Origin: a virus
Length of the DNA stretch: 64,000 nucleotides
Virus record (IMG/VR): IMGVR_UViG_3300032236_001232
Location: 1 to 64,000 of that record
Strand: one strand, 5' to 3'
In this document: one piece after another, positions 16,956 through 26,551 of the stretch
Layout: each line of letters opens with the position of its first letter
Position numbering within the stretch: the stretch's first letter is position 1
Translations under genes and position numbers: made by a program
The notes under the pieces: generated by a model
Told to the model about the DNA's origin: nothing
Seen by the model: only the letters and a program-made list of their open reading frames with translations
The model's database searches: none

Positions 16956-18416
16956 TTATTGGTATTTTACTTTTTCAATAGTGAAGGGGTAATGTGCTTC
17001 TTTGTAGAAGCGTTTACGTTCGGTAAGATGACGTTTTGCGTATTTAGAAGCTGCGGTAATATCGTGTATGTTCACAAAGTCTTTGTCGTCGGCTTTTCTA
17101 ATTCCTCGTCCAATGCTTTGAATAACTCGCACAAAACTTTTTCCTGGTTCCAACAAGACCAAATTAAAAATCCGGGGAATATTAATACCGACGGCAGCAA
17201 CGCCATAAGTGGCCACGATAATTTTATTGTCGGCAGTTTTAATTTCGTCATAGTGTTCTTTCCTGTTTTTTGTTTTGACTTCGCCGGATACAAAAACACT
17301 ATCTGGCAAATTTTCAACTAAAAACTTACCACTTTCAATTCTGTCTACTAGGATCAGCGTATTACCGGATTCAGCAATACGACTGATTAACCCAGCAATA
17401 TAAGTCATTCTGACTTCATCGCAGACCAGGTATTTTAATTCTTCTTGATAGCTTCTAAATTCTTTCCATTCGGCAGTCTGAACAATATTTACATGACATT
17501 GACTCAGCACGCCAGACTCCTGCAGAGTATGTGCTTGAACACGATTTACTACTTCGCCTAGACTGGCCTTGATGGCTTGAAATTCATGTTCTGCCTTGGG
17601 AATAGTTCCAGTCAATCCCCACCTGATAGGAGTTTGCGATAAGTTGCGAGTTAATAGGTTTTTTAGAACTTCTGCCTTGGCCATATGGACTTCATCCACC
17701 ATTACTGTTTGAACATTGTCTAATAGTTCTTCCAATCGAGCGGAGGCAAGTTCGTCATAATTCTTGCTATTTTTGTCTAAGATATTGAGACTTTGCCAAG
17801 TGCAGATTGTGTGCGTTCGATCTAGATCTTTTCTATCTCCGTAATAGACTCCTACATCTAAACGGCAATTGATAAAATCTTCTTCGGTTTGTTCCACTAG
17901 ACTTTTGTTGGGCACAATGGTAATTGTACGACCGAATTTTTCACAGATTTTACTCAGTGTTGCTGTGGTGATGGTTTTGCCAAAACCAGTGGCAATTTCC
18001 TGAATACACTGCGGATGTTTGAGAAACATGTTGATAACATCAACTTGATCTTCTCGTAATCTGATAGGTTGGCCGGCAAAACGATGTCCCGTCGGCCAAG
18101 TCAACTCACCCCAAAAATCAGTGTCAATTGCCGCAAAATCCAGGTCGATAGGATTACGGTGATCTTCCAATTCAATATAGAAGTTTCTACCTTCTAGATA
18201 CTCCAATACCTGCGGCAACATGCTCATATAGGTGGTTCCTCCCAGTCCGAAGAAACTGATGCTGCCATCCCACCGACCCAAGCGATAACTGGGGCGAAAA
18301 CGGGCACTAGGGTCTTCATATTTGAATTTTTTGACCAGTGCTTTACGAGTGTCAAGGTCGAGATTTTCTATCTTGACATTGACTTCGTCTTTGATTATTA
18401 CTTTGCAAGAAGCCAT
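16956..18416 (-). CDS. uvsW: UvsW-like SF2 DNA helicase
   Basis: ATGFGKT, VDEVH, GLTGT, QSIGRGIR. Confidence 0.92.
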   Translation of the reverse strand: MASCKVIIKDEVNVKIENLDLDTRKALVKKFKYEDPSARFRPSYRLGRWDGSISFFGLGGTTYMSMLPQVLEYLEGRNFYIELEDHRNPIDLDFAAIDTDFWGELTWPTGHRFAGQPIRLREDQVDVINMFLKHPQCIQEIATGFGKTITTATLSKICEKFGRTITIVPNKSLVEQTEEDFINCRLDVGVYYGDRKDLDRTHTICTWQSLNILDKNSKNYDELASARLEELLDNVQTVMVDEVHMAKAEVLKNLLTRNLSQTPIRWGLTGTIPKAEHEFQAIKASLGEVVNRVQAHTLQESGVLSQCHVNIVQTAEWKEFRSYQEELKYLVCDEVRMTYIAGLISRIAESGNTLILVDRIESGKFLVENLPDSVFVSGEVKTKNRKEHYDEIKTADNKIIVATYGVAAVGINIPRIFNLVLLEPGKSFVRVIQSIGRGIRKADDKDFVNIHDITAASKYAKRHLTERKRFYKEAHYPFTIEKVKYQ

Positions 18417-19588
18417 GAAAATTCCGTTTGTTTGGGGTTGATTTTTTCGGTGTAGTAGACCAAATTTTCGTGATTTTTCACAAAATCTCTCAGGCTGTAA
18501 TGCACATTATCAAAACCTAAATTGACTACTGTATGAAATTTGATTCCAGATTTAAGCACAGGTTTAGGAAACTTGCCGCTAACAAACACAGCACGAGTAG
18601 TATCTGTGATGGGATTATTAAAACCAGAATTTTTCACAAAATTATTGAAATTTTCGTGGGTTTCTTTGGGTAGCCTAAACATCACACTGACCTCTGCGGA
18701 ATCAATTCCGATATTTTTTAAAAATTCACAACAGGTCTGTAATTTTTCCAATTCACTACCACCGGGAATAATAAACAGCGTTGGCGTCATATATTTTACT
18801 ATATCAGTCAGTGAAAAAATGTCGTATTTTTCACTGTTGATATGGAAATCTTCGCTGGGATTGCTTCTAACAAAATCTCTAGTGTTTTGATTGATTTCAT
18901 CAGTTTTGAGGTATTCCTCAATGTTTTCACCCCAGGTCAAAACTCCTAATTTTCTTGCCTCAAAGACAGATTTTAGTATATTTTCAGACGGAAAAATTGG
19001 AGAATTTTGCGAAAAATTGCGAATTTTTACCCCATCATTTTCTGCCACTAGTATAGGTATATACTGCTCCATGTTTTCGACAATACTATTATATTGTTCG
19101 ACATAGGATTGAAATTCTGTATCCATTTCAAATGAATTTTCTTGGGCAATATTCAGCAAATGTGCAATGCTATATTCGCTTAGAGGAAAAATCCAGCATT
19201 TTTTCTCAGAATCCCATTGGCCTGTGTGATTAACGGTTTTCTTACTTTTAATAGCTTCAATAATTTTTTGATCAAAAGGAAATTCTACCTGGACCGCTTT
19301 ACCATAGTAATCATGCTCAACTACGGTGATGCGTTTGACTGTATTGATTTTTCTAATTCCCAGTCGATATGAGGGATTTTCCAAGAATTGTGAAATATCC
19401 CGACCTGCTTGGGCAGAAATCGCTGATTGGTATCGTTTTAGAATTTTTACCATGGCAGCGCCTTGCTTTTCGGTCAGGCTATTTTTAAAAATGATCTGTT
19501 CGTATATACTGTGGACCAGCCGAGTGTCCCAAGAATTTAAGGGGATGCTGTTTCTAACAGAAAAGATGACAAGATCTTCAATATTCAT
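18398..19588 (-). CDS. hypothetical protein
   Basis: long ORF overlapping uvsW start. Confidence 0.8.
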   Translation of the reverse strand: MNIEDLVIFSVRNSIPLNSWDTRLVHSIYEQIIFKNSLTEKQGAAMVKILKRYQSAISAQAGRDISQFLENPSYRLGIRKINTVKRITVVEHDYYGKAVQVEFPFDQKIIEAIKSKKTVNHTGQWDSEKKCWIFPLSEYSIAHLLNIAQENSFEMDTEFQSYVEQYNSIVENMEQYIPILVAENDGVKIRNFSQNSPIFPSENILKSVFEARKLGVLTWGENIEEYLKTDEINQNTRDFVRSNPSEDFHINSEKYDIFSLTDIVKYMTPTLFIIPGGSELEKLQTCCEFLKNIGIDSAEVSVMFRLPKETHENFNNFVKNSGFNNPITDTTRAVFVSGKFPKPVLKSGIKFHTVVNLGFDNVHYSLRDFVKNHENLVYYTEKINPKQTEFSWLLAK

Positions 19589-19594
19589 GTGTTT

Positions 19595-19623
19595 ATTATA
19601 CAGTAGAGTTGATTAAAGAGCAA
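19595..19623 (-). promoter_or_regulatory. sigma70 promoter (leaderless)
   Basis: TTGCTC (19623-19618), 17 bp, TATAAT (19600-19595), aaacac, ATG. Confidence 0.7.
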
Positions 19624-20068
19624 TGTCTTCAAGCCCAGCGGCTCTCAGTTTAATAATGTTGTTGATTTGGTAGCCTTTGATATCCAGCGCTTTGATAATG
19701 CCCAACCATTGGTTTCTCAGCATGGCAAATTCGTTGATAATTTTCTCCATATCAACAACATCGGCTTCGCCTTCTACATATTTTTCACAATCTCTGCTAC
19801 TGAGTGCTCGTTGATAGTTTTCCAAATACTTTCTAAATGCTTTAGATCGTACGCGGCGTAATTCAATATTGAGATATTCTAGCACAGCTTCAATTTCTTG
19901 AAGTTGATTAAATCGCTGTTCAACAATACCAGGCAAGGCCGCCGAAGCCCGCTCCACAATACCGTGGATTTTGACTTCTTTGCGGGCTTGCTCTAGTTCG
20001 TTGTAAAAGTGCGTTAAACAGTCTGGAAGGTGTGCGATATCTCTACTAACTCGGGTATACCAAGTCAT
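19613..20068 (-). CDS. uvsY: UvsY-like recombination mediator
   Basis: helical 151 aa, YVEGEADV...IIKALDIKGYQINNIIKLR..G; position between uvsX and uvsW. Confidence 0.8.
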   Translation of the reverse strand: MTWYTRVSRDIAHLPDCLTHFYNELEQARKEVKIHGIVERASAALPGIVEQRFNQLQEIEAVLEYLNIELRRVRSKAFRKYLENYQRALSSRDCEKYVEGEADVVDMEKIINEFAMLRNQWLGIIKALDIKGYQINNIIKLRAAGLEDIAL

Positions 20069-20325
20069 CAGTGATCCTCATCTTCCTCGTATTTCCAATC
20101 GTCTTCATCGTCTTCATCGTCAACATAGCCATTTTCTTCGTCCATGACTGTTTCGATAGCAGTGTCAAGGTGAGGATCAAAGCCAGATAAGCCTTCAATT
20201 ACGCTCATTTCTACATCGCGGCTGATGAGAAAATCGATGAATTGTGTTGCGGCATTATCACGATTTTTTTCTGGAACATATTCTTTAAAAGTGTCCCAGA
20301 TTTCAATGATGAGATCTTCTTCCAT
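20068..20325 (-). CDS. hypothetical acidic protein
   Basis: ORF, TGATG overlap, D/E-rich tail. Confidence 0.75.
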   Translation of the reverse strand: MEEDLIIEIWDTFKEYVPEKNRDNAATQFIDFLISRDVEMSVIEGLSGFDPHLDTAIETVMDEENGYVDDEDDEDDWKYEEDEDH

Positions 20326-20328
20326 TTT

Positions 20329-21381
20329 TTATTCCTCAGTTTCTTCAACAGTTGCAGGGGCGGTTACGATTGAATTGTCCCATTCCAACATGATTGTCAT
20401 TAATTTATCTTCTGTCCAGTTTTTACGGAATTCACTGCTGATTTCCCCGGTCTTCTTGCTAACATATTGTAGCTTATTTCCGCTCTTTGTCAAGATCCCC
20501 ATCTTTTCAAAAAGATCAACAAGCCCACTAGTAGGACTCATGCCAGTTGAATAGGGAATTTTAACCTGAACACTTTCAAAAGGTTTAGCATAACGAGTTT
20601 TCATGATCTTACAGGCTGATCTAATGCCCAACACATCCGTAACTTTGTTACCATCCTCATCCTCTTTGAGTTTGAGTTTTTTCATAGCAACCACAATACT
20701 GGAAGCGTAAACAAATCCTTGACCGCCGCTAATCTTGTCATCTGGGTCAAACATGTCTTGGCTAGCATAGGTATGATTCGTACAAACCATGCCCACATTA
20801 TAATTGCCAAACATATTAACACAGTTGCGGACCAGTGCTGTCAGTGCTTTGGGTTTACGGCCCATGTCGCCTTTTAGGTCGCCTGCTTCAAACTGGTTAA
20901 TGTCAGTAGGAGTCAGCAACATGCCTAAACTGTCAATGACAAAAAGAACTTTAGGACGTTCGTCTTCGGGCATGACCTTGTATTCTTTCATAAACTCATG
21001 AATGGTTTTTGCCACATCATCAATCATGGCCATGTTGAGTTTGAGCAGTTTACCTTCGCTGGTATCCACACCCAAGTCCAGTAGCCATTTTTCGTCCAGA
21101 GCGTTTTCTGTATCTACAAGAACAACATAAATGCCTTGTTCTTGTGCATGACGAATAATGTTGCCGGAGCAGATATAACTCTTACCAGCACCACTTTCAC
21201 CAGCAAATACAGTGACTTTGCCTAATGGAATACCTTTGAAAAAGTCTCCACTGATCAAGTAGTTTAGGGCGTAGTTGCCTGTGCTGACCCAATCAGTGGG
21301 ATCATTAAAACCAATACCAAGTCCGTCGATAGACTTGGTAAGGCTTTTGCGAAATTTTGTAATATCAAAAGCCTTGCTCAT
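20329..21381 (-). CDS. uvsX: RecA/UvsX recombinase
   Basis: AGESGAGKS, DTE, VIDSLG, NHTY, SGG.G..Y.SS. Confidence 0.92.
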   Translation of the reverse strand: MSKAFDITKFRKSLTKSIDGLGIGFNDPTDWVSTGNYALNYLISGDFFKGIPLGKVTVFAGESGAGKSYICSGNIIRHAQEQGIYVVLVDTENALDEKWLLDLGVDTSEGKLLKLNMAMIDDVAKTIHEFMKEYKVMPEDERPKVLFVIDSLGMLLTPTDINQFEAGDLKGDMGRKPKALTALVRNCVNMFGNYNVGMVCTNHTYASQDMFDPDDKISGGQGFVYASSIVVAMKKLKLKEDEDGNKVTDVLGIRSACKIMKTRYAKPFESVQVKIPYSTGMSPTSGLVDLFEKMGILTKSGNKLQYVSKKTGEISSEFRKNWTEDKLMTIMLEWDNSIVTAPATVEETEE

Positions 21382-21382
21382 A

Positions 21383-21592
21383 TCAGTCGTCCCTTGGCAT
21401 TTCTGTGGCTTCTTGAACTAGAGCAGTCAGTTGTGCGAGATTACTGACCATAATCTTTGCAGACTTATAGTCCCCATCCTCGTCGCGACCCGAGATTTCA
21501 AACAAGTAGCCGTTATCATACATATTGACAGTGAATGATTCGCACACCTTGGCCAATTTATCGCCAATGGTAGAGATTGTTTTTTTAGTCAT
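21383..21592 (-). CDS. hypothetical protein
   Basis: SD AGGAG, tight packing. Confidence 0.75.
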   Translation of the reverse strand: MTKKTISTIGDKLAKVCESFTVNMYDNGYLFEISGRDEDGDYKSAKIMVSNLAQLTALVQEATEMPRDD

Positions 21593-21604
21593 GTCAATCT
21601 CCTA

Positions 21605-22591
21605 TTAAGTTGATTGACGTTTGCGAATCATAGCAATAATGTCCGCGGCACGACTGCTGGCTTCACTACCTGAATCAGCGGCAGTCTCTTCTTCCTTGAC
21701 CTCTGGCTTTGGTGTAGCAACAACTTTAGCGGGTGTTGCTGCCGCAGCCTCAAAAGGGATGTCAGTATCCTCTACTGCTGCCCCACCTTTGGATCCAGTA
21801 GCAGTGCCGCCACCGCCCATACCTGCGGGTTTAAAGTAAGCACCCCAACGATCCATGTCAAATGCTTCACCATCAACTGATGCTTCAAACATTTCTTTCA
21901 TGACTTTGAGTTCAACTGCACCTGGCTTTTTAGGCAGGAAGTCTGACAGATTAAACAGACCATACTGTTTAATAGCAGCCTGTTCTGCTTCATTTAGCGC
22001 CCGTTCACGACGAGCCCAGTTGCTGGTGCTGTAGTCAGCATAGCCACCTTTGCTGGTTTTAACGATCTTAAAGTCCAGTCCACGAACATAGTCGGTGGGC
22101 AGTTCTTCGATCTCACTGTCCATCAGTGCGTTCTTAACAATGTTAAAGATTTGGCTACCGATGATAAAGCGACGGATAGGATTTTCTGGAGTCTTGTCCT
22201 CGGCCAGTTTGCTGTCAACCACAAAGCCTTGGAACAGATATGATTTCTTTTTCCAATAGCGGCGACCCATTTCTTCCAAGCTCTTGTCTTTAAACCATGG
22301 ACGAACTTCGGTAAGAATAGGGCAAGTCTCTCCCCACATCTCCATACAAGGCACTTGGACTTGTACAGGTTTGCTGCTGGTTTCGCCTTTAACTCCAGCA
22401 AAAGGCAGTTTGATTAGGTTGCGTTCAACCCAGAAAAAAGTGTTGTTTGAGTCTGCGTCCGGAAGGAATCGAACGGTAGCAGTTTGTCCGTCTTGGATAT
22501 TCCAGTGTGGATAAATTGCGTTGTCTCCAGTGCTAACAGTTTGTTGACTGGATTGTTGAAGTTTAGCGCGAATTTCTGCAAGAGTAGCCAT
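21605..22591 (-). CDS. gp32: single-stranded DNA-binding protein (T4 gp32-like)
   Basis: A.VRFLP, C......CP, G.DF.IVK...GGYADYSTS; SD AAGGAG; upstream of uvsX. Confidence 0.85.
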   Translation of the reverse strand: MATLAEIRAKLQQSSQQTVSTGDNAIYPHWNIQDGQTATVRFLPDADSNNTFFWVERNLIKLPFAGVKGETSSKPVQVQVPCMEMWGETCPILTEVRPWFKDKSLEEMGRRYWKKKSYLFQGFVVDSKLAEDKTPENPIRRFIIGSQIFNIVKNALMDSEIEELPTDYVRGLDFKIVKTSKGGYADYSTSNWARRERALNEAEQAAIKQYGLFNLSDFLPKKPGAVELKVMKEMFEASVDGEAFDMDRWGAYFKPAGMGGGGTATGSKGGAAVEDTDIPFEAAAATPAKVVATPKPEVKEEETAADSGSEASSRAADIIAMIRKRQST

Positions 22592-22650
22592 AATATTTCT
22601 CCTTAATGTTTATGTGCCTATTTTATGCCATTCCTTCTAGCCCACTGACT

Positions 22651-22691
22651 AAAAGAAAAAAGTTAGCATACAGCTATTGTATGCTAACTTT
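22651..22691 (-). terminator. intrinsic terminator-like hairpin upstream of gp32
   Basis: 14-bp stem aaagttagcataca/tgtatgctaacttt, 5-nt loop, followed by U-rich tract on minus strand. Confidence 0.7.
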
Positions 22692-22704
22692 ATTTATCTC
22701 GCAA
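22676..22704 (-). promoter_or_regulatory. sigma70 promoter overlapping the hairpin, with embedded TAAATA
   Basis: TTGCGA (22704-22699), 17 bp, TACAAT (22681-22676); TAAATA 22696-22691. Confidence 0.6.
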
Positions 22705-22733
22705 CCTCAAGTTTTGCCAGAAATTTGCTTTTA

Positions 22734-23078
22734 TCAATCTACCTTTGCAGCAGCTGACAATGGGTTATGTCGGTCTTCAAACATTTCGTCAACTACATTC
22801 CCATCCATATCTCTCAGAGCAAAAACACAGTAATATAGTACATCGTCAGTTAACGCTGTAATTTTATGTTCATGTTCTTTTTTGATCACTATAAAGGTAG
22901 GTGCTGTAAATTCTTTTGTTGGATTTCCGGTAACCTCTATTTGAACACTGCCTTTTACCAATAAGGTAACATGATCAAAATAATGTTTATGCCCGGCGTG
23001 ACTATCACCGGATTTATCCAGCGTGTTTTGTCTTACCCAGATGTTACCAAAATATCCTAATTCGTGATATAAGTTCAT
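22734..23078 (-). CDS. cupin-fold protein
   Basis: GHKHYFDHVTLLVKGSV...HEHKITAL; ATGA overlap. Confidence 0.75.
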   Translation of the reverse strand: MNLYHELGYFGNIWVRQNTLDKSGDSHAGHKHYFDHVTLLVKGSVQIEVTGNPTKEFTAPTFIVIKKEHEHKITALTDDVLYYCVFALRDMDGNVVDEMFEDRHNPLSAAAKVD

Positions 23079-23458
23079 AAGTATTCCACTTTGGTTCCAG
23101 TTTCCCATTGTTGGTTTGTTTCATTCCATTGATATATTTTACCATCCAATGGATAACTTACAGGTGCTTCCCACCAGCAGGTATCTTCATTTAATATCCA
23201 ACTAGCATATGGTTTAGGATGAATGAAAGCATCACGAGATTGATCATAAAAAGATCCAATGGCGGCGTAATTTTTTCTAAACGGTGTACCACCTAATAAA
23301 TGAACACCACCTTGCGTATTGTAGCTGGTGCGTTTACAAACCTGCCCTCGAACTTCGCTGTATACCTGTTCCCAATCGATTCCGTCGTCTCCTTCGTCTT
23401 TTCCAGGAATAACTTCCGTAACAATATTATCTTGATCTAAGAATGCGTAATGTGCCAT
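23075..23458 (-). CDS. small fibre-associated protein (MAH.A type, paralogue 2)
   Basis: TSYNTQGGVH..GGTP.RKNYA...RDAFI.PKPYASW shared with 25273-25635. Confidence 0.8.
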   Translation of the reverse strand: MAHYAFLDQDNIVTEVIPGKDEGDDGIDWEQVYSEVRGQVCKRTSYNTQGGVHLLGGTPFRKNYAAIGSFYDQSRDAFIHPKPYASWILNEDTCWWEAPVSYPLDGKIYQWNETNQQWETGTKVEYL

Positions 23459-23470
23459 TTTAATTACCTT

Positions 23471-25267
23471 TTAAGCAAATACAATATTACCGGTTCCGGC
23501 AGTAAAAGTATATATGCGATATCCTGCACGAGTAGATGTATCTACGGAATATGTCAATCCGCCACCTATTGAAGAAAGAGCAGGTAAAGTTGTCGGGTAG
23601 ACAATAACAACAACCCCAGCCGAACCATTCCCACCGGAGTATGTTACGGTCGGTCCTGGCGGGTTTGGTTGTCCACCGCCACCGCCACCTCCGCTACCAC
23701 GATTTGCCGGAGATGCATTAGATCCGTTAGATCTTCTTCCCCCTGCACCACCGCCTCCTGAGCCGCCCGATCCTAGTGTTCCAGCATCACCTCCAGCACC
23801 GCCTCCACCGCCCCCGGCATATGTTACACTGCTGCCTGTGATGGAAGAAGCAGTTCCGTTGCCTCCACTTCCTGCGTTACCTCCGTAAGCTGCTATACCT
23901 CCATCGCCGCCACTGCCGCCGCCACCGCCGCAGCTATCAGGAGAATTTCTTCCCGATCCACCACCTTGCCCACCGTTATTTCCTTGCCCAACTGTTCCCA
24001 AAGCAGGTATCCTTGCACTATTATATCCGAAACTGCCACCTCCGCCGCTGCCACCTGTTGTTGGTCCACTATCGCAAGATCCTCCGCCTCCTCCTCCCAA
24101 TGAAGTGGCTGAAGAAAATACACTATTTGATCCAGTACCTCCGCGATAGCTAGTCCCAGCCGATCCACTTCCACCTGCGCCAACTGTTACCAATACATTA
24201 GCACCGGCTGTAACTCCATATGAAGGATAGTATTGAAAACCACCTGCACCACCACCGCCGCCTTGCGCCCAGTCTAGTACAGTTTTTCCACCACCGCCGC
24301 CGCCGCCGGCAACTAGAAGTAATTCAACAGTTCTATTTGCTAGATAAGTTGGAGTAGTTGGTGCTAGTGTTCCGCTAGAGGTAAATGTGTGAATGACATA
24401 GTTACCTGTACAGGTAACCGTTCCGCCGGTAAAGTACTGGACGAAACCGGGATAGCGTATGACCACAATACCAGAGCCGCCAGATAAACCAGTAGCCGCA
24501 GCATTGCCGCCTCCGCCGCCTCCAGTATTTGTAGTTCCGGTAGTAGCTAATGCTTGAGAATTTTGATTTGCTCCGTAGCCTCCTCCACCTATACCCCCAA
24601 TTGCTGTAGTGTTAACACTGCTATGACTTGCACCGCCGCCCCCACCGGCATAAACAACACGAGTTCCAGTAATATCAGATGCAATACCTGCACCTCCATT
24701 GCCTCCGGAAGGAAAAGTTGTTGCTCCCCATGGGATAAGTCCAGCAGTCCCGGCCCCGCCGCCACCTGCCCCGCCATATGGGTAAGTTGTGTTTGATGAT
24801 GTCACATAAGCAGTGCCACCTGCATTACCTTGTCCTGAAATTCCTGAACCACCACCTAACCCATAACTATTATTTGCTTGACCACCTCCACCACCGGACC
24901 CGCCAACTGTTCCTGCTCCGCCGTATGCACCACCATAACCACCACCAGTGGCTACAATACGACCAGTAGATGCTCCGGAACCGGTAGCATCAAATACAGA
25001 CGCTCCGCCTTGAGTGCCAGGATTACCACCAGTGCCGCCGGCGCCAACTGTTACATAATAAGAACTACCTGCTGTGATACCGGCATAACCTTGAAGTAAT
25101 CCACCTGCTCCGCCTCCGCCGCCGGACGCAGAACTTTGTGAACCACCCCCGCCTCCGCCAGCTACGATCAAGTACTCTATTACAGTAGGAGGGATACCTA
25201 CCCAATCATTATTTTTAACGGCTTGAGCAACTTGGCTCAGCGTCCACATCCCACTGTATGCTGGCAT
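23471..25267 (-). CDS. glycine-rich fibre/virion protein (two Gly-rich domains)
   Basis: two VE.L.VAGGGGG...GGSG.VVI.YP units. Confidence 0.85.
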   Translation of the reverse strand: MPAYSGMWTLSQVAQAVKNNDWVGIPPTVIEYLIVAGGGGGGSQSSASGGGGGAGGLLQGYAGITAGSSYYVTVGAGGTGGNPGTQGGASVFDATGSGASTGRIVATGGGYGGAYGGAGTVGGSGGGGGQANNSYGLGGGSGISGQGNAGGTAYVTSSNTTYPYGGAGGGGAGTAGLIPWGATTFPSGGNGGAGIASDITGTRVVYAGGGGGASHSSVNTTAIGGIGGGGYGANQNSQALATTGTTNTGGGGGGNAAATGLSGGSGIVVIRYPGFVQYFTGGTVTCTGNYVIHTFTSSGTLAPTTPTYLANRTVELLLVAGGGGGGGKTVLDWAQGGGGGAGGFQYYPSYGVTAGANVLVTVGAGGSGSAGTSYRGGTGSNSVFSSATSLGGGGGGSCDSGPTTGGSGGGGSFGYNSARIPALGTVGQGNNGGQGGGSGRNSPDSCGGGGGSGGDGGIAAYGGNAGSGGNGTASSITGSSVTYAGGGGGGAGGDAGTLGSGGSGGGGAGGRRSNGSNASPANRGSGGGGGGGQPNPPGPTVTYSGGNGSAGVVVIVYPTTLPALSSIGGGLTYSVDTSTRAGYRIYTFTAGTGNIVFA

Positions 25268-25272
25268 TTCTA

Positions 25273-25635
25273 TTACTCCTGCGTCGGTAGAACGACTTCG
25301 GTCCAACTAGTTGTTGCTTCGTTCCAAGTATACATCTTGCCATCAGATGGATAGGATATAGGTGGATTCCACAAACATGTTGCCTCATCTAATAACCAAC
25401 TGGCATATGGTTTAGGTGGAATAAAAGCATCTCTTACACTGTCATAAGTGTAACCAACGCCTGCATAATTCTTACGCAATGGTGTGCCGCCTTGAGAGTG
25501 TACTCCGCCTTGTGTGTTGTAACTGGTTTGAATCCAACTAGCAGGGTCACCCCAATGTCCTAGTTCAAGAACATCACGTTCAATCACAATCACCTGGGTG
25601 ACTATACCGTTTTCTACTTTTGCAAAATGTGCCAT
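25273..25635 (-). CDS. small fibre-associated protein (MAH.A type, paralogue 1)
   Basis: paralogue of 23075-23458; SD GAGGA. Confidence 0.8.
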   Translation of the reverse strand: MAHFAKVENGIVTQVIVIERDVLELGHWGDPASWIQTSYNTQGGVHSQGGTPLRKNYAGVGYTYDSVRDAFIPPKPYASWLLDEATCLWNPPISYPSDGKMYTWNEATTSWTEVVLPTQE

Positions 25636-25652
25636 TTTATTGTCCTCTTATT

Positions 25653-26540
25653 TTAGAAAGTTATGGTACCACTACTGGTCCAAATATATATCTGATATTC
25701 GTTATTGTATCGAATTTGCGGATTGCCTGTGGTGCTCACAGGCGGTGCTAGATTCCGTGGATAACGAATGATGACTATACCAGACCCACCAGAACCGCTA
25801 TATATTGTGCTAACATTATAAAATCCACCACCACCACCTCCGCTGCCTGAATTAGCAATAGCAGGATAACCATTACAACCAGTTGGGTTACTAACCGGGG
25901 TTCCTGTACCGCCATTCCCACCACCTGCTACGCCTAGCCCTGCAATATAAGATACATTATTTGATCCACCCCCGCCCCCACCGGCATAGAAAACTCTCGA
26001 ACCTGTAATTGTTGAAACCATTCCGGCACCGCCACTCGCTCCAACAGCAGTAATAACATCAAGCCCTACACTTCCAGCACCGCCACCTCCTCCACCAAAA
26101 TAATCAGTTTTCAAAGCACCCAACCCGCCTGAGTTACCTTGACCTGATATACCCGATCCGCCGGCTGTCAATTGTCCACCACAGCCGCCTCCTCCTGATC
26201 CGCCGGAACCGCCAGCTGTAGTGCCGCCGGAACCACCTCCTCCGCCAGTTGCGGTAATACCACCAAATACTGAATTACTTCCGTTGTTTATTGTTGTAGT
26301 AGTAGCATTGGTTGCACCCCATGAAGCGCCTCCTGCACCGACGGTAACTGTAATACTCGATCCCGGTGTGATCGCATATCCTGCAGCAGTCAGTAGACCA
26401 CCGGCACCCCCGCCCCCGCCAATATAAGCACCACCGGCACCACCTCCAGCAACCACAAGGTATTCTACAGTGGCAGTCTTTTGGTCAGTGAAGGGATTAA
26501 ATGTTGCACTAACAAATCCGCCTAGATAATTATTACTCAT
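25653..26540 (-). CDS. glycine-rich fibre/virion protein
   Basis: VEYLVVAGGG...GGSGIVIIRYP...SGTITF. Confidence 0.85.
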   Translation of the reverse strand: MSNNYLGGFVSATFNPFTDQKTATVEYLVVAGGGAGGAYIGGGGGAGGLLTAAGYAITPGSSITVTVGAGGASWGATNATTTTINNGSNSVFGGITATGGGGGSGGTTAGGSGGSGGGGCGGQLTAGGSGISGQGNSGGLGALKTDYFGGGGGGAGSVGLDVITAVGASGGAGMVSTITGSRVFYAGGGGGGSNNVSYIAGLGVAGGGNGGTGTPVSNPTGCNGYPAIANSGSGGGGGGFYNVSTIYSGSGGSGIVIIRYPRNLAPPVSTTGNPQIRYNNEYQIYIWTSSGTITF

Positions 26541-26551
26541 AGTGTTGTTAT

